This document shows, piece after piece, positions 1 through 13,148 of a DNA stretch of 64,000 nt. The notes beneath the pieces were generated by a model. That model saw only the letters and a program-made list of their open reading frames with translations. It had not been told where the DNA came from and searched no databases. How positions within the stretch are numbered: the first letter of the stretch is position 1; each line of letters begins with the position of its first letter. The stretch spans positions 512,001 to 576,000 of the forward strand of contig CAWDGJ010000003.1 in the NCBI GenBank assembly GCA_963801815.1, written 5' to 3'. Both the position numbers and the translations under genes were made by a program. This DNA is from an uncultured Verrucomicrobiae bacterium (lineage in GTDB: Bacteria; Verrucomicrobiota; Verrucomicrobiia; Chthoniobacterales; UBA10450).

Positions 1-103
1 TAATAATAAAGATGAAAATGAACGGGACAAAGTAACCAAAACCGCCGCCCGGACCCGGGGCCGGCGTTGCAGGCTGCGCTTGAGCTAGAAGCTGGAACAT
101 CAT
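1..103 (-). CDS. yajC: Preprotein translocase subunit YajC, 5' part only (runs off the window edge)
   Basis: Reverse strand reads MMFQLLAQAQPATPAPGPGGGFGYFVPFIFIFII..., a hydrophobic N-terminus directly downstream of tgt (conserved tgt-yajC order). Not in the ORF track. Confidence 0.75.
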   Translation of the reverse strand, partial: MMFQLLAQAQPATPAPGPGGGFGYFVPFIFIFII

Positions 104-165
104 CGGAAAAACTTTGAGGGAGGCCGGACTTTAATCCTGAACGCTCCGGCTGCAACGCTGTTTGT

Positions 166-224
166 TGTAGAGGCGCTTGTCTCAAGCGCCTGTCTATTAA
201 TTCGGCGTTTGAGAACAAACGCCG

Positions 225-229
<5 letters not shown>
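166..229. repeat. GTAG-type REP doublet (two inverted palindromic units)
   Basis: TGTAGAGGCGCTTGTCTCAAGCGCC...GGCGTTTGAGAACAAACGCCGCTACA. Its right end contains the tgt stop codon. Confidence 0.7.
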
Positions 230-1432
<1,203 letters not shown>

Positions 1433-1489
1433 CCGCGCAGAGATTCCGCGCAATCGCGGCGTAAAACAAATTCGGACGCAAAATAATCT

Positions 1490-1518
1490 TTGCGGGGCAC
1501 GATTTTCTCCTCTATAGT
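1490..1518 (+). promoter_or_regulatory. Putative sigma70 promoter of the rpsL operon
   Basis: TTGCGG (1490-1495), 17-nt spacer, TATAGT (1513-1518), about 105 nt upstream of the rpsL ATG. Confidence 0.6.
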
Positions 1519-1527
1519 CGCGGCTCA

Positions 1528-1610
1528 CCGCATCAGGCGCGTGACAGTGTGTTAACGCGGCTTGAGCGGGTTTTTTTGTCGCCCGGATTTGAACCCCGTT
1601 CGGGCGGCGC
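1528..1610 (+). promoter_or_regulatory. Structured rpsL 5' leader: terminator-like hairpin with U-tract, then a second hairpin
   Basis: CCGCATCAGGCGCGTGACA-GTG-TGTTAACGCGGCTTGAGCGG followed by GTTTTTTT, then GTCGCCCGGA...TTCGGGCGGC. Confidence 0.45.
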
Positions 1611-1623
1611 ATTGTTTAGAAAA

Positions 1624-2054
1624 ATGCCAACGATTAATCAGCTTGATTCGCAAAGGACGAAGGAAGGTGTCGGTGAAATCGAAGTCACCGGCCCTGACGA
1701 ATTGTCCTCAGCGGCGCGGCGTGTGCGTGCAGGTGATGACGCGCACGCCGAAGAAGCCGAATTCCGCCCTGCGCAAAGTGGCAAAGGTGCGCTTGACGAA
1801 TGGCCAGGAAGTGATTGCCTACATTCCGGGCGAAGGACACAATTTGCAGGAGCACTCGATCGTGCTCGTGCGCGGCGGACGAGTGAAGGATTTGCCGGGC
1901 GTGCGCTACCACATTGTGCGCGGCACGCTCGACAGTCTCGGCGTCGATGGACGCCGCCGGAGCCGTTCCAAGTACGGAGCGAAGCGTCCGAAAGGGGCGC
2001 GGCGGTGGAGGCGGTGCCGCCAAGGCGGCGCCCGCAGCCGCGGAGAAGAAGTAA
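1624..2054 (+). CDS. rpsL: 30S ribosomal protein S12 (frameshifted)
   Basis: MPTINQL / IRKGR...CPQRRGVC...[11 protein letters not shown]...[17 protein letters not shown], with C-terminal tail [12 protein letters not shown]. Confidence 0.97.
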
Positions 2055-2076
2055 ATTTTGAAGAACAAGGCCGACA

Positions 2077-2551
<475 letters not shown>

Positions 2552-2556
2552 CGATT

Positions 2557-4745
2557 ATGGCCACGGCGACTCTCGAGAAAAAATCAGGCGCAGCGAAGAA
2601 TCCGAATTCGCCGAATCGCAAGTTCCCGCTCGAGCGGACGCGGAACATCGGGATCGCCGCGCACATTGACGCCGGCAAGACGACGCATGACCGAGCGCAT
2701 TCTGTTTTACACCGGCATGATCCACAAGATGGGTGAGGTGCACGAAGGCACCACCGTGACCGACTGGATGGAGCAGGAACGCGAGCGCGGAATCACGATC
2801 ACTTCCGCCGCGACGACCTGCAGCTGGTCGCAGAAAAAAGAAGAAGGCGTTTACAAAATTTTCGAAGGCATCAAACAGCGGATCAACATCATCGACACTC
2901 CGGGTCACGTCGATTTCACGGCGGAGGTGGAGCGTTCGCTGCGCGTGCTCGACGGCGCGATCGCGGTTTTCGACGGCGTCGCCGGCGTGCAGCCGCAATC
3001 GGAAACGGTCTGGCGGCAGGCGACGAAATACAACGTTCCGCGCATCGCGTTCATTAATAAGATGGACCGCGTCGGCGCCGATTTCGCGATGTCGGTCGAC
3101 AGCATGCACAAGAAACTCGGCGCGAATGCGTGGCCGGTTCTGATGCCGCTCGGCAGGGAAGATCAGCTCAAGGGCCAGCTCGACGTCATTAATAAGAAGG
3201 CGATCATTTATTCCGACAACGACCAGCTGGGATCGACCTACGAAGTGACCGACGTTCCCGAAGGAACATGTCGATGCGGTCGAGAAGGCCTACAACGATC
3301 TGGTCGAGCAGATTTCGAATATCGACGATCGAAGTCGCCGAAGTCGTTCTCGAAGAGAAGCCGGTTACGCCGGAGATGTTGAAGGCGGGCATTCGCCGGC
3401 AAACGATCGCGAACAAATTTGTGCCGGTGATCGGCGGCTCGGCGTTCAAGAACATCGGCGTGCAATATCTGGTCGACGCGGTGGTCGATTATCTGCCGAG
3501 CCCGCTCGACATTCCGCCGGCCAAAGGCATGGAGCCCGATACGCACGAGCCGATGGAAGCGCCGACGGACGACAACGGAAATTTCTGCTCGCTCGCGTTC
3601 AAGCTGTGGAGCGATCCATTCGTCGGCAAGCTCGTTTTCTTCCGCGTTTATTCCGGGCACGCTGACCAAGGGCGACACGGTTTACAATCCGCGCACGAAC
3701 AAGCGCGAGCGCATCTCGCGTTTGATCCAGATTCAGGCCGACAAGCGCGAGGACATCGAGACCTGTTACTCGGGCGACATCGCGGCGATCGTCGGAATCA
3801 AGAACATCACGACCGGCGACACGCTTTGCGACGAGGATCATCCGATCCTGCTCGAGCCGCCGTCGTTTCCTGATCCGGTTATTTCAATGGCGATCGAGCC
3901 GAAGACGAAGCTGGACCAGGAAAAAATGGGCATCGCGCTGCAGCGTCTCGCCGAAGAGGATCCGACTTTCCGCGTTTACACGCACGAAGACACCGGCCAG
4001 ACGATCATCGCCGGCATGGGCGAGCTGCATTTGGAAATCATTCGCGACCGCATGTTCCGCGAATTCAAAGTGGACGCGAACGCGGGCAAACCGCAGATCG
4101 CGTATCGCGAGACGATCACCGCCAACGCGCATGGCGATGGCAAGTTGATCAAGCAATCCGGCGGCCGCGGTCAGTACGGCCACGTCGAAGTCGAGGTGCG
4201 CCCGAGCGAGCGCGGCAAGGGCATCTACGTATCGAGAACAAGATCGTCGGCGGAATTATTCCGACGGAATACATCCCGGCCGTGCAAGAAGGGCATCGAA
4301 GAAGCGGTGCTCAACGGCGTGCTCGGCGGTTATCCGGTGATCGATGTCGAGTCGACATCGTGTTACGGAAGTTTCCACGACGTCGATTCGAACGAACTCG
4401 CGTTCAAGATGGCGGCAATTTTTGCGATGAAAGACGGCTTTCAAGAAGGCCAAACCGATCCTGCTCGAGCCGATCATGAAGGTCGAAAACATCACGCCGG
4501 AAGAATATCAGGGCGACATCTGCGGCGACTTGAATCGTCGCCGCGGCAGCATCAACAGCATCGAACCGCGCGGCAATCTCACGATCGTTCACGCCGAAGT
4601 TCCGCTCGCGGAAATGTTCGGTTACGCGACCGCGATCCGTTCGCTTTCGAAAGGCCGCTCGAGTTATTCGATGGAGCCGTCACATTTCGAACAGGTGCCG
4701 CAGCAACTGGTCGCGGCCATTCTCGATCAGAAGGAGACGAAATGA
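2557..4745 (+). CDS. fusA: Elongation factor G (several frameshifts)
   Basis: [68 protein letters not shown]. Confidence 0.97.
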
Positions 4746-5053
4746 CCGACGGCCAACGCATTCGCATTCGTTTGAAGGCATTCGATCATCGCATGCTCGA
4801 TCAATCCGCGGTCGACATCGTCGAGACGGCGAAGCGCACCGGCGCGCGCGTGGCCGGTCCGATTCCGCTGCCGACGTTGATCGAAAAATTCACGGTGAAC
4901 CGTTCTCCGCACGTCGACAAAAAGTCGATGGACCAATTTGAAATTCGCACGCACAAACGGCTGCTCGACATCATCGAGCCGACCGCAAAGACGGTGGATG
5001 AGTTGAAGAAGCTGAACCTGCCGGCGGGCGTGGATATTACGATTAAGATTTAG
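4742..5053 (+). CDS. rpsJ: 30S ribosomal protein S10
   Basis: [17 protein letters not shown]...GPIPLPT...RSPHVDKKS. Confidence 0.97.
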   Translation: MTDGQRIRIRLKAFDHRMLDQSAVDIVETAKRTGARVAGPIPLPTLIEKFTVNRSPHVDKKSMDQFEIRTHKRLLDIIEPTAKTVDELKKLNLPAGVDITIKI

Positions 5054-5079
5054 CTGCTTGAGAATTTTCGCACGCCAAC

Positions 5080-5842
5080 ATGAGCATCGGTTTACTAGGA
5101 CAAAAAATCGGCATGACCAGCGTCTACGACGCCAATGGTCGGCTGCATCCTGTGACCGTGATCGCGGCGGGCGATAACGCTCTCTTGCGCCGCCTGACGC
5201 AGGAGAACGACGGCTACTCCGCGATCCAAGTCGGGTTCGATTCGCAAAAGGAATCGCGCGTGACGAAAGCAGAACTCGGCGTTTTCAAGAAGGCGCGACT
5301 CCGAGCCGAAACGATTCGTTCGCGAATTTCGCCTGAAGGCCGACGCGCCGGACGGCGAAATCAATCTGACCGTCACGCAATTCCAGGCCGGCGATTTCGT
5401 CGATGTGATCGGTCGCTCAAAGGGCAAAGGCTTCCAAGGCGTGATGAAGAAGCACAACTTCCACGGTCAGGGCGCCGCGCACGGTTCGAAGACGCACCGC
5501 CGCAACGGCGCGATCGGCAATCGTTCCACGCCGGGTCGGATTTGGAAGAACATGGGCATGCCCGGCCACATGGGCGACGAGCGTGTGACGGTGCAGAATC
5601 TGCAAGTCATGCAGGTGCGCGAAGCGGAGAAAATCATTTTGGTGAGCGGCGCGGTGCCGGGATGCAACGGCAGTTATGTCGTCATTCGGCCGGCGATTAA
5701 GAATCCAGCTGCGCAGATCGCTTTGCACAAACAGCACGCGAAACAAGACACCGCCGTGCATAAGAAGGCCGAGGGTTCCAAGAAAGCTGACGAGAAGAAG
5801 CCCGAGAAAAAGCCTGAAGCCGCTAAGGAGCAAAAGAAATGA
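5080..5842 (+). CDS. rplC: 50S ribosomal protein L3 (frameshift near 5295)
   Basis: [31 protein letters not shown]; Lys/Glu-rich C-terminal tail. Confidence 0.96.
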
Positions 5843-6446
5843 GCGCGAAAGTTTTAACTAAAGCGGCGGCCAAGGAAGCGAAAATCGACATGATTGAGGA
5901 TGGTCGCGGAACGCAGGCAGTTCACGATGTGGTAGTCGCGATGCGAGCTGCGCGTCGTTCCGGTTCCGCGAACACAAAAACGAAAGCCGAAGTCGATCTG
6001 TCCGGCGCGAAACCGTGGCGACAAAAAGGAACTGGCCGGGCCCGCGCAGGTTATGATTCATCGCCCGTTTGGCGTGGCGGCGGCGTCGTGTTCGGCCGAA
6101 GCCGCGCGATTATTCCAAGAAAGTTTCGAAATCGGTCCGGCGTCTCGCCTTGCAGAAAGCATTGAGCGAGCGAATTAAGGCCGGCGACGTCCTGACGATC
6201 GACAAGTTCGCCGTCTCGGAAATCAAGACCAAGGCATTTGTCGATCTTGTCCGGAAACAAACCGACGCGGAAAAGGTGCTGATCATTTCCGATTCGTTCG
6301 ACGACAAGACCCACAAATCGTCGCGCAATGTGAAGCCGGTAATACTGGCGACTGCAGCGGACGTGAACACGGAGCAACTGCTTGCATTCGAGAAGATTTT
6401 GGTGACGTCGAAGGCGCTCGAGCAACTGGCGGAGAGATTGCAATGA
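5839..6446 (+). CDS. rplD: 50S ribosomal protein L4 (frameshift near 6098)
   Basis: [14 protein letters not shown]...[18 protein letters not shown]. Confidence 0.96.
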
Positions 6447-6723
6447 ACGAACCGTACGACATTATCCAGACCGCTTCGTTGACCGAGAAGTCGACGCTGC
6501 TCGGCGAGAAGCAGAACAAATACGTTTTCCGCGTCAGCCCGCGCGCGAACAAGATTCAGATCAAACAGGCGATCGAGCGTTTGTTCCAGAAGAAGGTCGT
6601 CGATGTGAACACGTGCAATTACGCCGGCAAAAAGAAGCGTGAGCGCGGACCGCTCGGACGGCGCGCGCATTGGAAAAAGGCGATCGTGACGCTGCAGAAG
6701 GCGAAAAGATCGATCTGGTTTAA
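6443..6723 (+). CDS. rplW: 50S ribosomal protein L23 (frameshift near 3' end)
   Basis: LTEKST...[19 protein letters not shown]...WKKAIVTL / EGEKIDLV*. Confidence 0.95.
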
Positions 6724-6727
6724 TTTT

Positions 6728-7576
6728 ATGGCACTCAAAAATTATCGTCCACTCACACCGACCCAGCGTTTCAAACAAACGCCGGCCTTCGATGAGATTA
6801 CGAAATGGACGCCGGCGAAGAGTCTGCTCGAGCCGAAGAAAAAAAGCGGCGGCCGCAACAACAACGGCCGCCTGACTTCGCGCCACATCGGCGGCGGGCA
6901 CAAGCAGAAATACCGCAAAGTCGATTTCAAACGCCGCAAACATGGCGTGACTGCGGAAGTTGTCGGAGTCGAATACGATCCGAACCGCTCCGCGCGCATC
7001 GCTCTCATCAAGTACACCGATGGGGAGATGAGCTACATCCTCGCGCCGGACGGACTGCAGGTTGGCGCCAAGGTTGTCGCGGGCAACGACGCCGCGCCTG
7101 AACTTGGCAATTCATTGCCGCTTCGCGCGATTCCGCTCGGCACAAACATTCACAACATCGAGCTCAGCCCCGGACGCGGCGGCCAGATTGCGCGAAGCGC
7201 CGGTCAGCAGGCGATCTTGAACAACCGCGAAGGTGGTTACGCGCTGGTGAAAATGCCATCGGGCGAAATCCGCCGGATTCACGAGAACTGTTTCGCGACC
7301 ATCGGCCAGGTTGGCAACGTCGATCACATGAACGTTTCCAGCGGCAAAGCCGGTCGCACGCGTTGGCAGGGACGCCGGCCGCATGTCCGCGGCATGGTGA
7401 TGAACCCGATCGATCACCCGATGGGTGGCGGTCAGGGCAAATCGAAGGGCGGCGGAGGACGTCATCATCCGGTGAGTCCGTGGGGACAGTTGGCGAAAGG
7501 ATTTAAGACCCGCGCGAAGCATAAGCCGAGCGACCGCTTCATTCTGGAACGTCGCCGCAGCAAGAAGAAAGTTTGA
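6728..7576 (+). CDS. rplB: 50S ribosomal protein L2
   Basis: [10 protein letters not shown]...[12 protein letters not shown]...[15 protein letters not shown]. Confidence 0.98.
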   Translation: MALKNYRPLTPTQRFKQTPAFDEITKWTPAKSLLEPKKKSGGRNNNGRLTSRHIGGGHKQKYRKVDFKRRKHGVTAEVVGVEYDPNRSARIALIKYTDGEMSYILAPDGLQVGAKVVAGNDAAPELGNSLPLRAIPLGTNIHNIELSPGRGGQIARSAGQQAILNNREGGYALVKMPSGEIRRIHENCFATIGQVGNVDHMNVSSGKAGRTRWQGRRPHVRGMVMNPIDHPMGGGQGKSKGGGGRHHPVSPWGQLAKGFKTRAKHKPSDRFILERRRSKKKV

Positions 7577-7581
7577 TTTTT

Positions 7582-7861
7582 ATGGCAAGATCGTTAAAAA
7601 AAGGACCCTTCGTCGAATCGCATCTTCTGGAGAAGATCGACAAGATGAATGCCTCGGGCTCAAAGAAAGCCGATCAAGACCTGGTCGCGCCGCTCGATGG
7701 TGACGCCGGATTTTGTCGGCCACACGTTCCTGGTGCACAACGGAAAGATATTCAATTCCGTTTTTGTGACCGAGAACATGGTCGGACATAAACTCGGCGA
7801 GTTTTCGGCTACGCGAATCTTTAAGAAACATGGTTCGCACACGGCGAAGGTGACGAAGTAG
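7582..7861 (+). CDS. rpsS: 30S ribosomal protein S19 (frameshift near 7660)
   Basis: [32 protein letters not shown]. Confidence 0.96.
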
Positions 7862-8704
7862 TTGAGGATTTTTTTAGCAGTTTGCGGAGGCGTCGTCGCG
7901 GCTTCGGTTGCGCAGGCGCAGGGAAATAGTTCTTTGACAGAATCCAAAATTGAAAGCGCTGTGGAGGCAGGCGTCTCGCCTGCACCATCTGGGGATTTGC
8001 AGCCGGGAGGGCTGCCACCACAGGTGACCGCGGAGTCACTGCTTCGGCAGAACGAAGAATTGCGCAGGCAATTGTCGATCCAGCAGCAATCGCTCAAGAC
8101 GTTGACGGCGAGTCTGGCGGAATCGAATGCCGAAGCGGAAGGTTTCCGGCGCAAGTTCGCGGATTTGGAATCGCGAATGGAAGCGTTCGGACTCGCGTCG
8201 GCGAGCAAGGATCGAGCAAAGCTCGAGCAGCGATTGCTTGCGGCGGTGAGCGATCTCCGGCTCGCGCAGAAAGAGCGCGAGCAACTTCGCGATCAACTGC
8301 TCGGTTTGAACGAAGCTCTCTTGCAATATTTGCAAACATCGCAAGGCGGTGATGCGCAGGCGCGAGTGGATGTGGAAGCGCAGTTGCGCAAAACGAACGA
8401 CCTGGTGGGGAGATCGATCCCACCGTGGCAGGACGCGAAGGAGCCGCAAGCAGGTTTGATGGACGCCACGGTGCTTAGCGTAAAAGACGAATGGTCATTC
8501 GTGGTTGCGAACATCGGCGAGCAGCACGGCGTGAAGATTGGAATGCCGCTGCGAGTGATGCGCGGCGATACGAAGATTGCGACGTTACGCGTGGTGGATG
8601 TGCGCCAGCGGATTTGCGGCGCAGTGATTGAGGATTCTGGGACGGAAAAAATTAAAGTGGGGGATCGACTCCAGGTGGATGCCTCAAAGGTGAGTGTGAG
8701 ATGA
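7862..8704 (+). CDS. Hypothetical exported protein: signal peptide, long coiled coil, C-terminal beta-rich (FlgT_C-like?) domain
   Basis: 280-aa open frame abutting the rpsS stop. Signal-like MRIFLAVCGGVVAASVAQA, heptad-rich middle, then VVANIGEQHGVKIGMPLRV...KIKVGDRL. Confidence 0.8.
   Translation: MRIFLAVCGGVVAASVAQAQGNSSLTESKIESAVEAGVSPAPSGDLQPGGLPPQVTAESLLRQNEELRRQLSIQQQSLKTLTASLAESNAEAEGFRRKFADLESRMEAFGLASASKDRAKLEQRLLAAVSDLRLAQKEREQLRDQLLGLNEALLQYLQTSQGGDAQARVDVEAQLRKTNDLVGRSIPPWQDAKEPQAGLMDATVLSVKDEWSFVVANIGEQHGVKIGMPLRVMRGDTKIATLRVVDVRQRICGAVIEDSGTEKIKVGDRLQVDASKVSVR
7960..8022. repeat. REP-like palindromic doublet inserted in frame (63 nt) inside the 7862-8704 gene
   Basis: TGTGGAGGCAGGCGTCTCGCCTGCA...TGCAGCCGGGAGGGCTGCCACCACA, with terminal inverted repeats and internal hairpins. 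Confidence 0.65.
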
Positions 8705-8708
8705 AAGA

Positions 8709-8771
8709 TTGAAGAGTTGAAGCGTTAAAGCGGACGTCGCTGTAACGCTTCAGCGTTTCAACGCTTAAACG
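8709..8771. repeat. Inverted arrays of degenerate 8-mers
   Basis: TTGAAGA GTTGAAGC GTTAAAGC ... CTGTAACG CTTCAGCG TTTCAACG CTTAAACG. Confidence 0.55.
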
Positions 8772-8778
8772 AAAAACA

Positions 8779-9222
8779 ATGGAAGTTAGATCGACATATA
8801 GGTACGCGCGGATTTCGGCGTTCAAGGTGCGCGAAGTCACGCGCGAGATTCAGGGTCTGCCGGTTTCGGCAGCGCTCGACGTTCTCGCGTTTACGCCCAA
8901 GAAGGCAGCGTTCTTGATCAACAAGACGCTGAAGAGCGCGGTCGCCAATGCGGAGAACAACGCGAACTTGAAGGTCGACGGTCTGGTCGTGAAGGAAGCC
9001 GTCGTCGGCGAAGGTCCGACTATTAAACGAATGATGACTCGTGCGCGCGGAAGCGGATCGCGAATTTTGAAGCGGACCAGCCACATTCGAATCGTTTTGA
9101 CGGACGAAAAACCGGAGAAGGAAAAGCCGGCCACTGAGAAGACCGAAGAAAAGGCGGCGACAACGGCTGGGAAAAAACCGAAGAAGATCAAAAAGGGCGC
9201 GAAAGCGGCAACGAAGAAATAA
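8779..9222 (+). CDS. rplV: 50S ribosomal protein L22
   Basis: ARISAFKVR...[11 protein letters not shown]...[16 protein letters not shown]; Lys-rich tail. Confidence 0.97.
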   Translation: MEVRSTYRYARISAFKVREVTREIQGLPVSAALDVLAFTPKKAAFLINKTLKSAVANAENNANLKVDGLVVKEAVVGEGPTIKRMMTRARGSGSRILKRTSHIRIVLTDEKPEKEKPATEKTEEKAATTAGKKPKKIKKGAKAATKK

Positions 9223-9227
9223 TTTGT

Positions 9228-9926
9228 ATGGGACAAAAAGTTAATCCAATTGGATTCCGTCTTGGCGTGAACCGCGACTGGCGTTCGCGCTGGTACGCGT
9301 CGCCGCAGGAGCTGCCAGCATTTCTGCACAGCGATCTCGAGATTCGCGATTACGTGAAGAAGAAACTGCAGTTCGCCGCGGTCGCGAAAATCGTGATCGA
9401 ACGCGCTGGAATCAGCATTCGCGTGACGATCCACACTGCGCGGCCCGGCATCGTGATCGGCCGCAAAGGCGCCGAGATCGAGAAGATGACCGAAGAAATT
9501 TCGAAGATGGCGCAGGGCAAACAGATCAAGATCGACATCCAGGAGATCAAAACGCCGGAGCTCGATGCGCAGCTGGTTGCCGAGAACGTTGCGTTGCAGA
9601 TCGAGCGCCGTATCGCCTATCGCCGCGCGATGAAGAAGGCGGTGCAAACTGCGATGGATTTTGGCGCGCAGGGAATTCGTTTGCGCAGCTCGGGCCGATT
9701 GAATGGCGCGGAAATTTCGCGCTCGGAATGGTATCGCGAAGGCAAAGTGCCGCTGCACACTCTGCGCACGCCGATCGATTACGGATTTGCCGAAGCGAAC
9801 ACAGTTTACGGAAAGATCGGTGTGAAATGCTGGATTTGTAAGAAGGAAGAAGCGCCGCCGAAATGCCAGCCGCACCACCGCCACCACCGCCGCCGCCGGT
9901 CGCGCCGGAGCCTAGTCGAATCGTAG
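9228..9926 (+). CDS. rpsC: 30S ribosomal protein S3 (Pro-rich tail, frame of 3' end uncertain)
   Basis: [42 protein letters not shown]. Confidence 0.97.
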   Translation: MGQKVNPIGFRLGVNRDWRSRWYASPQELPAFLHSDLEIRDYVKKKLQFAAVAKIVIERAGISIRVTIHTARPGIVIGRKGAEIEKMTEEISKMAQGKQIKIDIQEIKTPELDAQLVAENVALQIERRIAYRRAMKKAVQTAMDFGAQGIRLRSSGRLNGAEISRSEWYREGKVPLHTLRTPIDYGFAEANTVYGKIGVKCWICKKEEAPPKCQPHHRHHRRRRSRRSLVES

Positions 9927-9935
9927 GAGAATTTT

Positions 9936-10362
9936 ATGCCATTAATGCCCAAACGAGTGAAGTATCGCAAGACCCAGCGGGGAAGCCGCAAGGGGACTGC
10001 TTCGCGCAATCTGCGGATCGACTTCGGCGAGTTCGGTCTGCAAACGCTCGAGCGCGCCTGGATCACGAACACGCAGATCGAAGCCGCGCGTGTCGCGCTG
10101 ACTCGCAACATGAAGCGCAAAGGCAAACTCTGGATCCGGATTTTCCCCGACAAATCGGTGACCGCGCGCCCGCCGGAAACCCGAATGGGTAAAGGAAAAG
10201 GTCAGCCGGAATATTGGGTGGCGACGGTGAAACCGGGAAACATTTTGTTTGAACTGGACGGTCGTGACGGAATCGGTCGCGCGCGAATCGTTGCGCCTGG
10301 CGGCGGACAAGTTGCCGGTGCGCACGAAATTTCTCAGCCGTCACCACGTGGCCACGGCCTAA
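9936..10362 (+). CDS. rplP: 50S ribosomal protein L16 (frameshift near 10262)
   Basis: [10 protein letters not shown]...[11 protein letters not shown]...RMGKGKG. Confidence 0.96.
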
Positions 10363-10367
10363 CGAAC

Positions 10368-10604
10368 ATGAAAATCAAGGAAATTGTGGAGATGAGTACG
10401 GATGAGTTGCTGACAAAGAAGCGCGATCTGCGCCAGGAACGATTGCATCTCCGTTTGCAACAGCAGAGCGGACAGCTCGAACAACCGAGCCGGCTGCGTT
10501 TGATCCGCCGCGACGTGGCGCGGATTGAAACGGTTCTTTCGAATCGCCCCAAGCAACCGCAGACGATTCCGGCCGAAGAGCCAAAGGCGAAAAAGAAGAA
10601 ATAA
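10368..10604 (+). CDS. rpmC: 50S ribosomal protein L29
   Basis: [10 protein letters not shown]...[22 protein letters not shown]. Confidence 0.95.
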   Translation: MKIKEIVEMSTDELLTKKRDLRQERLHLRLQQQSGQLEQPSRLRLIRRDVARIETVLSNRPKQPQTIPAEEPKAKKKK

Positions 10605-10607
10605 TTT

Positions 10608-10909
10608 ATGGCCGAGCAAGCAACCCAACCAGTAGCACAACCACCGCCATTGCCGGCGAAATACACTCGCGCTGCGCGCAAGACGCGCGTCGGCGAAGTG
10701 ATTTCCGAGCGGGATGAACAAGACGATCGTCGTGCACACGGCGACGCGCGTGCCGCACCCGAAGTTCGGCAAGATCGTGAAGCAGATCGAAGTTTTACGC
10801 GCACGACGAGGAGAACAAGGCGAAGACCGGCGATACCGTGCGGATCATGGAGACGCGGCCGCTGAGCAAATTGAAACGCTGGCGATTGGTGGAGGTCCTC
10901 CAGAAGTAA
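10608..10909 (+). CDS. rpsQ: 30S ribosomal protein S17 (frameshifted)
   Basis: [10 protein letters not shown] / MNKTIVV...HPKFGK / [28 protein letters not shown]. Confidence 0.94.
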
Positions 10910-10938
10910 AAAGGATTAAGAGGAAGAGGTAGATTTTA

Positions 10939-11304
10939 ATGGTTCAGATTAGATCCAGACTTGACGTGGCGGACAATACCGGCGCGCGCATGGCGACGAT
11001 GATCGGCGTGATCGGCAAGGCCACGCTTTACGCCGGGATCGGCGACGTCATCACCGCGAACGTGAAAGAAGCCAGCGCCACCGGCACGGTGAAGAAGGGC
11101 GAAGTGGTGCGCGCCGTTTTGGTTCGCACGCGGCAGCCGATTCGGCGCGATGACGGTTCGTTTCTGCGCTTCGACAACAACGCGATCGTGATCATCGACA
11201 AGGATTTGAATCCGCGCGGCACGCGCATTTTCGGCCCGGTCGCGCGCGAACTGCGCGAACGCAATTTCATGAAGATCGTTTCGCTCGCTCCGGAGGTTTT
11301 ATGA
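10939..11304 (+). CDS. rplN: 50S ribosomal protein L14
   Basis: VADNTGA...[15 protein letters not shown]...SLAPEVL. Confidence 0.98.
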   Translation: MVQIRSRLDVADNTGARMATMIGVIGKATLYAGIGDVITANVKEASATGTVKKGEVVRAVLVRTRQPIRRDDGSFLRFDNNAIVIIDKDLNPRGTRIFGPVARELRERNFMKIVSLAPEVL

Positions 11305-11597
11305 ACCGGATCAAGTTTCACGTGAAAAAGGGCGACCAGGTCGAGGTGATCTCGGGGAACTTCAAAGGTTCCTCCGGCAAAATTCTCGAAGTGATGCCGA
11401 GCAAGCACCGCGTGCTGATCGAAGGCGTGCGGATGATCAAGAAGCATCTCCGCAAGTCGCAGGACAATCCGCAGGGCAAGATCGCCGAACGCGAAGGTCC
11501 GATTCACATTTCGAATGTGAAGTTGATCGAGCAAGAAAGCGGAAAAGAAAACCAAGACGAAGTCGAAGGAAAGAAGGCTGAGAAAAAGGCGGCGTAA
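11301..11597 (+). CDS. rplX: 50S ribosomal protein L24
   Basis: [14 protein letters not shown] motif; EGPIHISNV. Confidence 0.97.
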   Translation: MNRIKFHVKKGDQVEVISGNFKGSSGKILEVMPSKHRVLIEGVRMIKKHLRKSQDNPQGKIAEREGPIHISNVKLIEQESGKENQDEVEGKKAEKKAA

Positions 11598-12216
11598 TGG
11601 AAAACGAATTTTATCGCCAATACAAAGACCGAGTGATGCCCGCGCTGCGCGAACAGCACGGCTACAAGAACGTACACCAGATCCCGAAGCTCGAGAAGGT
11701 TGTGGTCAACACTTCGGTCGGCTCGCAGTCGGACGTGAAGCAGGCGCTGGAAGACGCCAAGGCCGAGCTGGCCTGATCACCGGCCAGAAGCCGGCCGAGA
11801 CGCGCGCCAAGAAAAGCATCGCAAATTTCAAGCTGCGCAAGGACCAGGCGATCGGCGCGAAGGTCACGCTGCGCGGCGAGCGGATGTACGAGTTCCTCGA
11901 GCGCCTGATCAAGGCCGCGCTGCCGCGCATTCGCGATTTTCGCGGAGTTTCGCCGCGCGGTTTCGACGGCCACGGCAACTACACGCTCGGCGTTTCCGAT
12001 CAGTCAATTTTTCCCGAGGTCGAGCTCGATAAAATCAAGCGCAACATCGGTTTTGATGTTACAATTGTGACCACCGCGCGGACGAACGAAGAGGCCAAGT
12101 CGCTTTTGAGCGAGATGGGAATGCCTTTCAGCGACCGGGCGAAAAAAGCCGCTGCGGCGGCCCCATCTGGCGGACCGGCTGAAGCGGCGCCTGAATTTCA
12201 TGAGTACCGTTACTGA
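11597..12216 (+). CDS. rplE: 50S ribosomal protein L5 (frameshift near 11772, 3' end uncertain)
   Basis: [40 protein letters not shown]...[10 protein letters not shown]. Confidence 0.95.
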
Positions 12217-12599
12217 TCCTATTGCCGATTTGCTCGCCCGCATGCGCAACGGCGCGCACGCGCAGAAGATGGAGATGTTTGTGCCGTACTCGAAGATCAA
12301 AGCCGAGATCGTTCGCATTTTGAAGGAGGAAGGCTACATCAGCGATTACGAGGTCGATACGAAAGCGGCGCATCCGCGGATCAAGATCACGAACAAATTG
12401 GTCGAATCGCACCAGCGCCATCACCGGTTTGAAGCGCGTGAGCCGGCCCGGTTTGCGCCGTTATGTCGGCGCGGACGAAATTCCGCGCGTGCTCGGCGGG
12501 ATGGGCACGGCGATTCTATCCACCTCGCGCGGCGTTATGTCGGGCCGCGAGGCGAAGAAACAAAAAGTCGGCGGCGAATTGCTCGCTTACGTCTGGTAA
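12200..12599 (+). CDS. rpsH: 30S ribosomal protein S8 (frameshift near 12410)
   Basis: [35 protein letters not shown]. Confidence 0.95.
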
Positions 12600-12604
12600 T
12601 TATT

Positions 12605-13144
12605 ATGTCACGAATTGGAAATAAACCGGTCGAGATTCCGGACAAGGTCAAGGTGAACATCGACAATGATGGCGCAGTCTCGGTCGAAGGACCGAAAGGC
12701 AAGCTGAGCTGGAAATTGCCGCGCCAAATCAAGGGGAGTGTGACGGACAATCACGTCTCGCTCGCGCGCGACGCGGAAACGCGCAGCGTAAAGGCGTTGC
12801 ACGGTCTTTCCCGCGCGCTCGTGCACAACATGGTCGTGGGCGTGAGCGAAGGTTTTACCAAAAACCTCGAGATCGAAGGCGTCGGATTCAAAGCCGCGGT
12901 CCAGGGGCAAAATCTCAATCTGAGTCTCGGCTTTTCGCACCCGATTCTCTTTCCAATTCCGAAGGACATCAAAATCACCGTGACCGACAACACGAAGATC
13001 TCGATTCAGGGCGCGGACAAGAAAGTTGTCGGCCAGGTCGCCGCGGACATTCGCCGCTATTACCCGCCGGAGCCTTACAAGGGCAAAGGCGTTCGTTACG
13101 CCGGCGAACAGATCCGCCGCAAGGAAGGCAAGACGGTCCAGTAA
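12605..13144 (+). CDS. rplF: 50S ribosomal protein L6
   Basis: MSRIGNKPV...[12 protein letters not shown]. Confidence 0.98.
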   Translation: MSRIGNKPVEIPDKVKVNIDNDGAVSVEGPKGKLSWKLPRQIKGSVTDNHVSLARDAETRSVKALHGLSRALVHNMVVGVSEGFTKNLEIEGVGFKAAVQGQNLNLSLGFSHPILFPIPKDIKITVTDNTKISIQGADKKVVGQVAADIRRYYPPEPYKGKGVRYAGEQIRRKEGKTVQ

Positions 13145-13148
13145 TTTT

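Noticed and set aside
3722..13144. Apparent fusions in the ORF track (fusA-rpsJ, rplW-rplB, rplP-rpmC, rpsH-rplF)
   Set aside because: They are created by indels. Each downstream gene has its own ATG and each upstream gene has a stop in the corrected frame.
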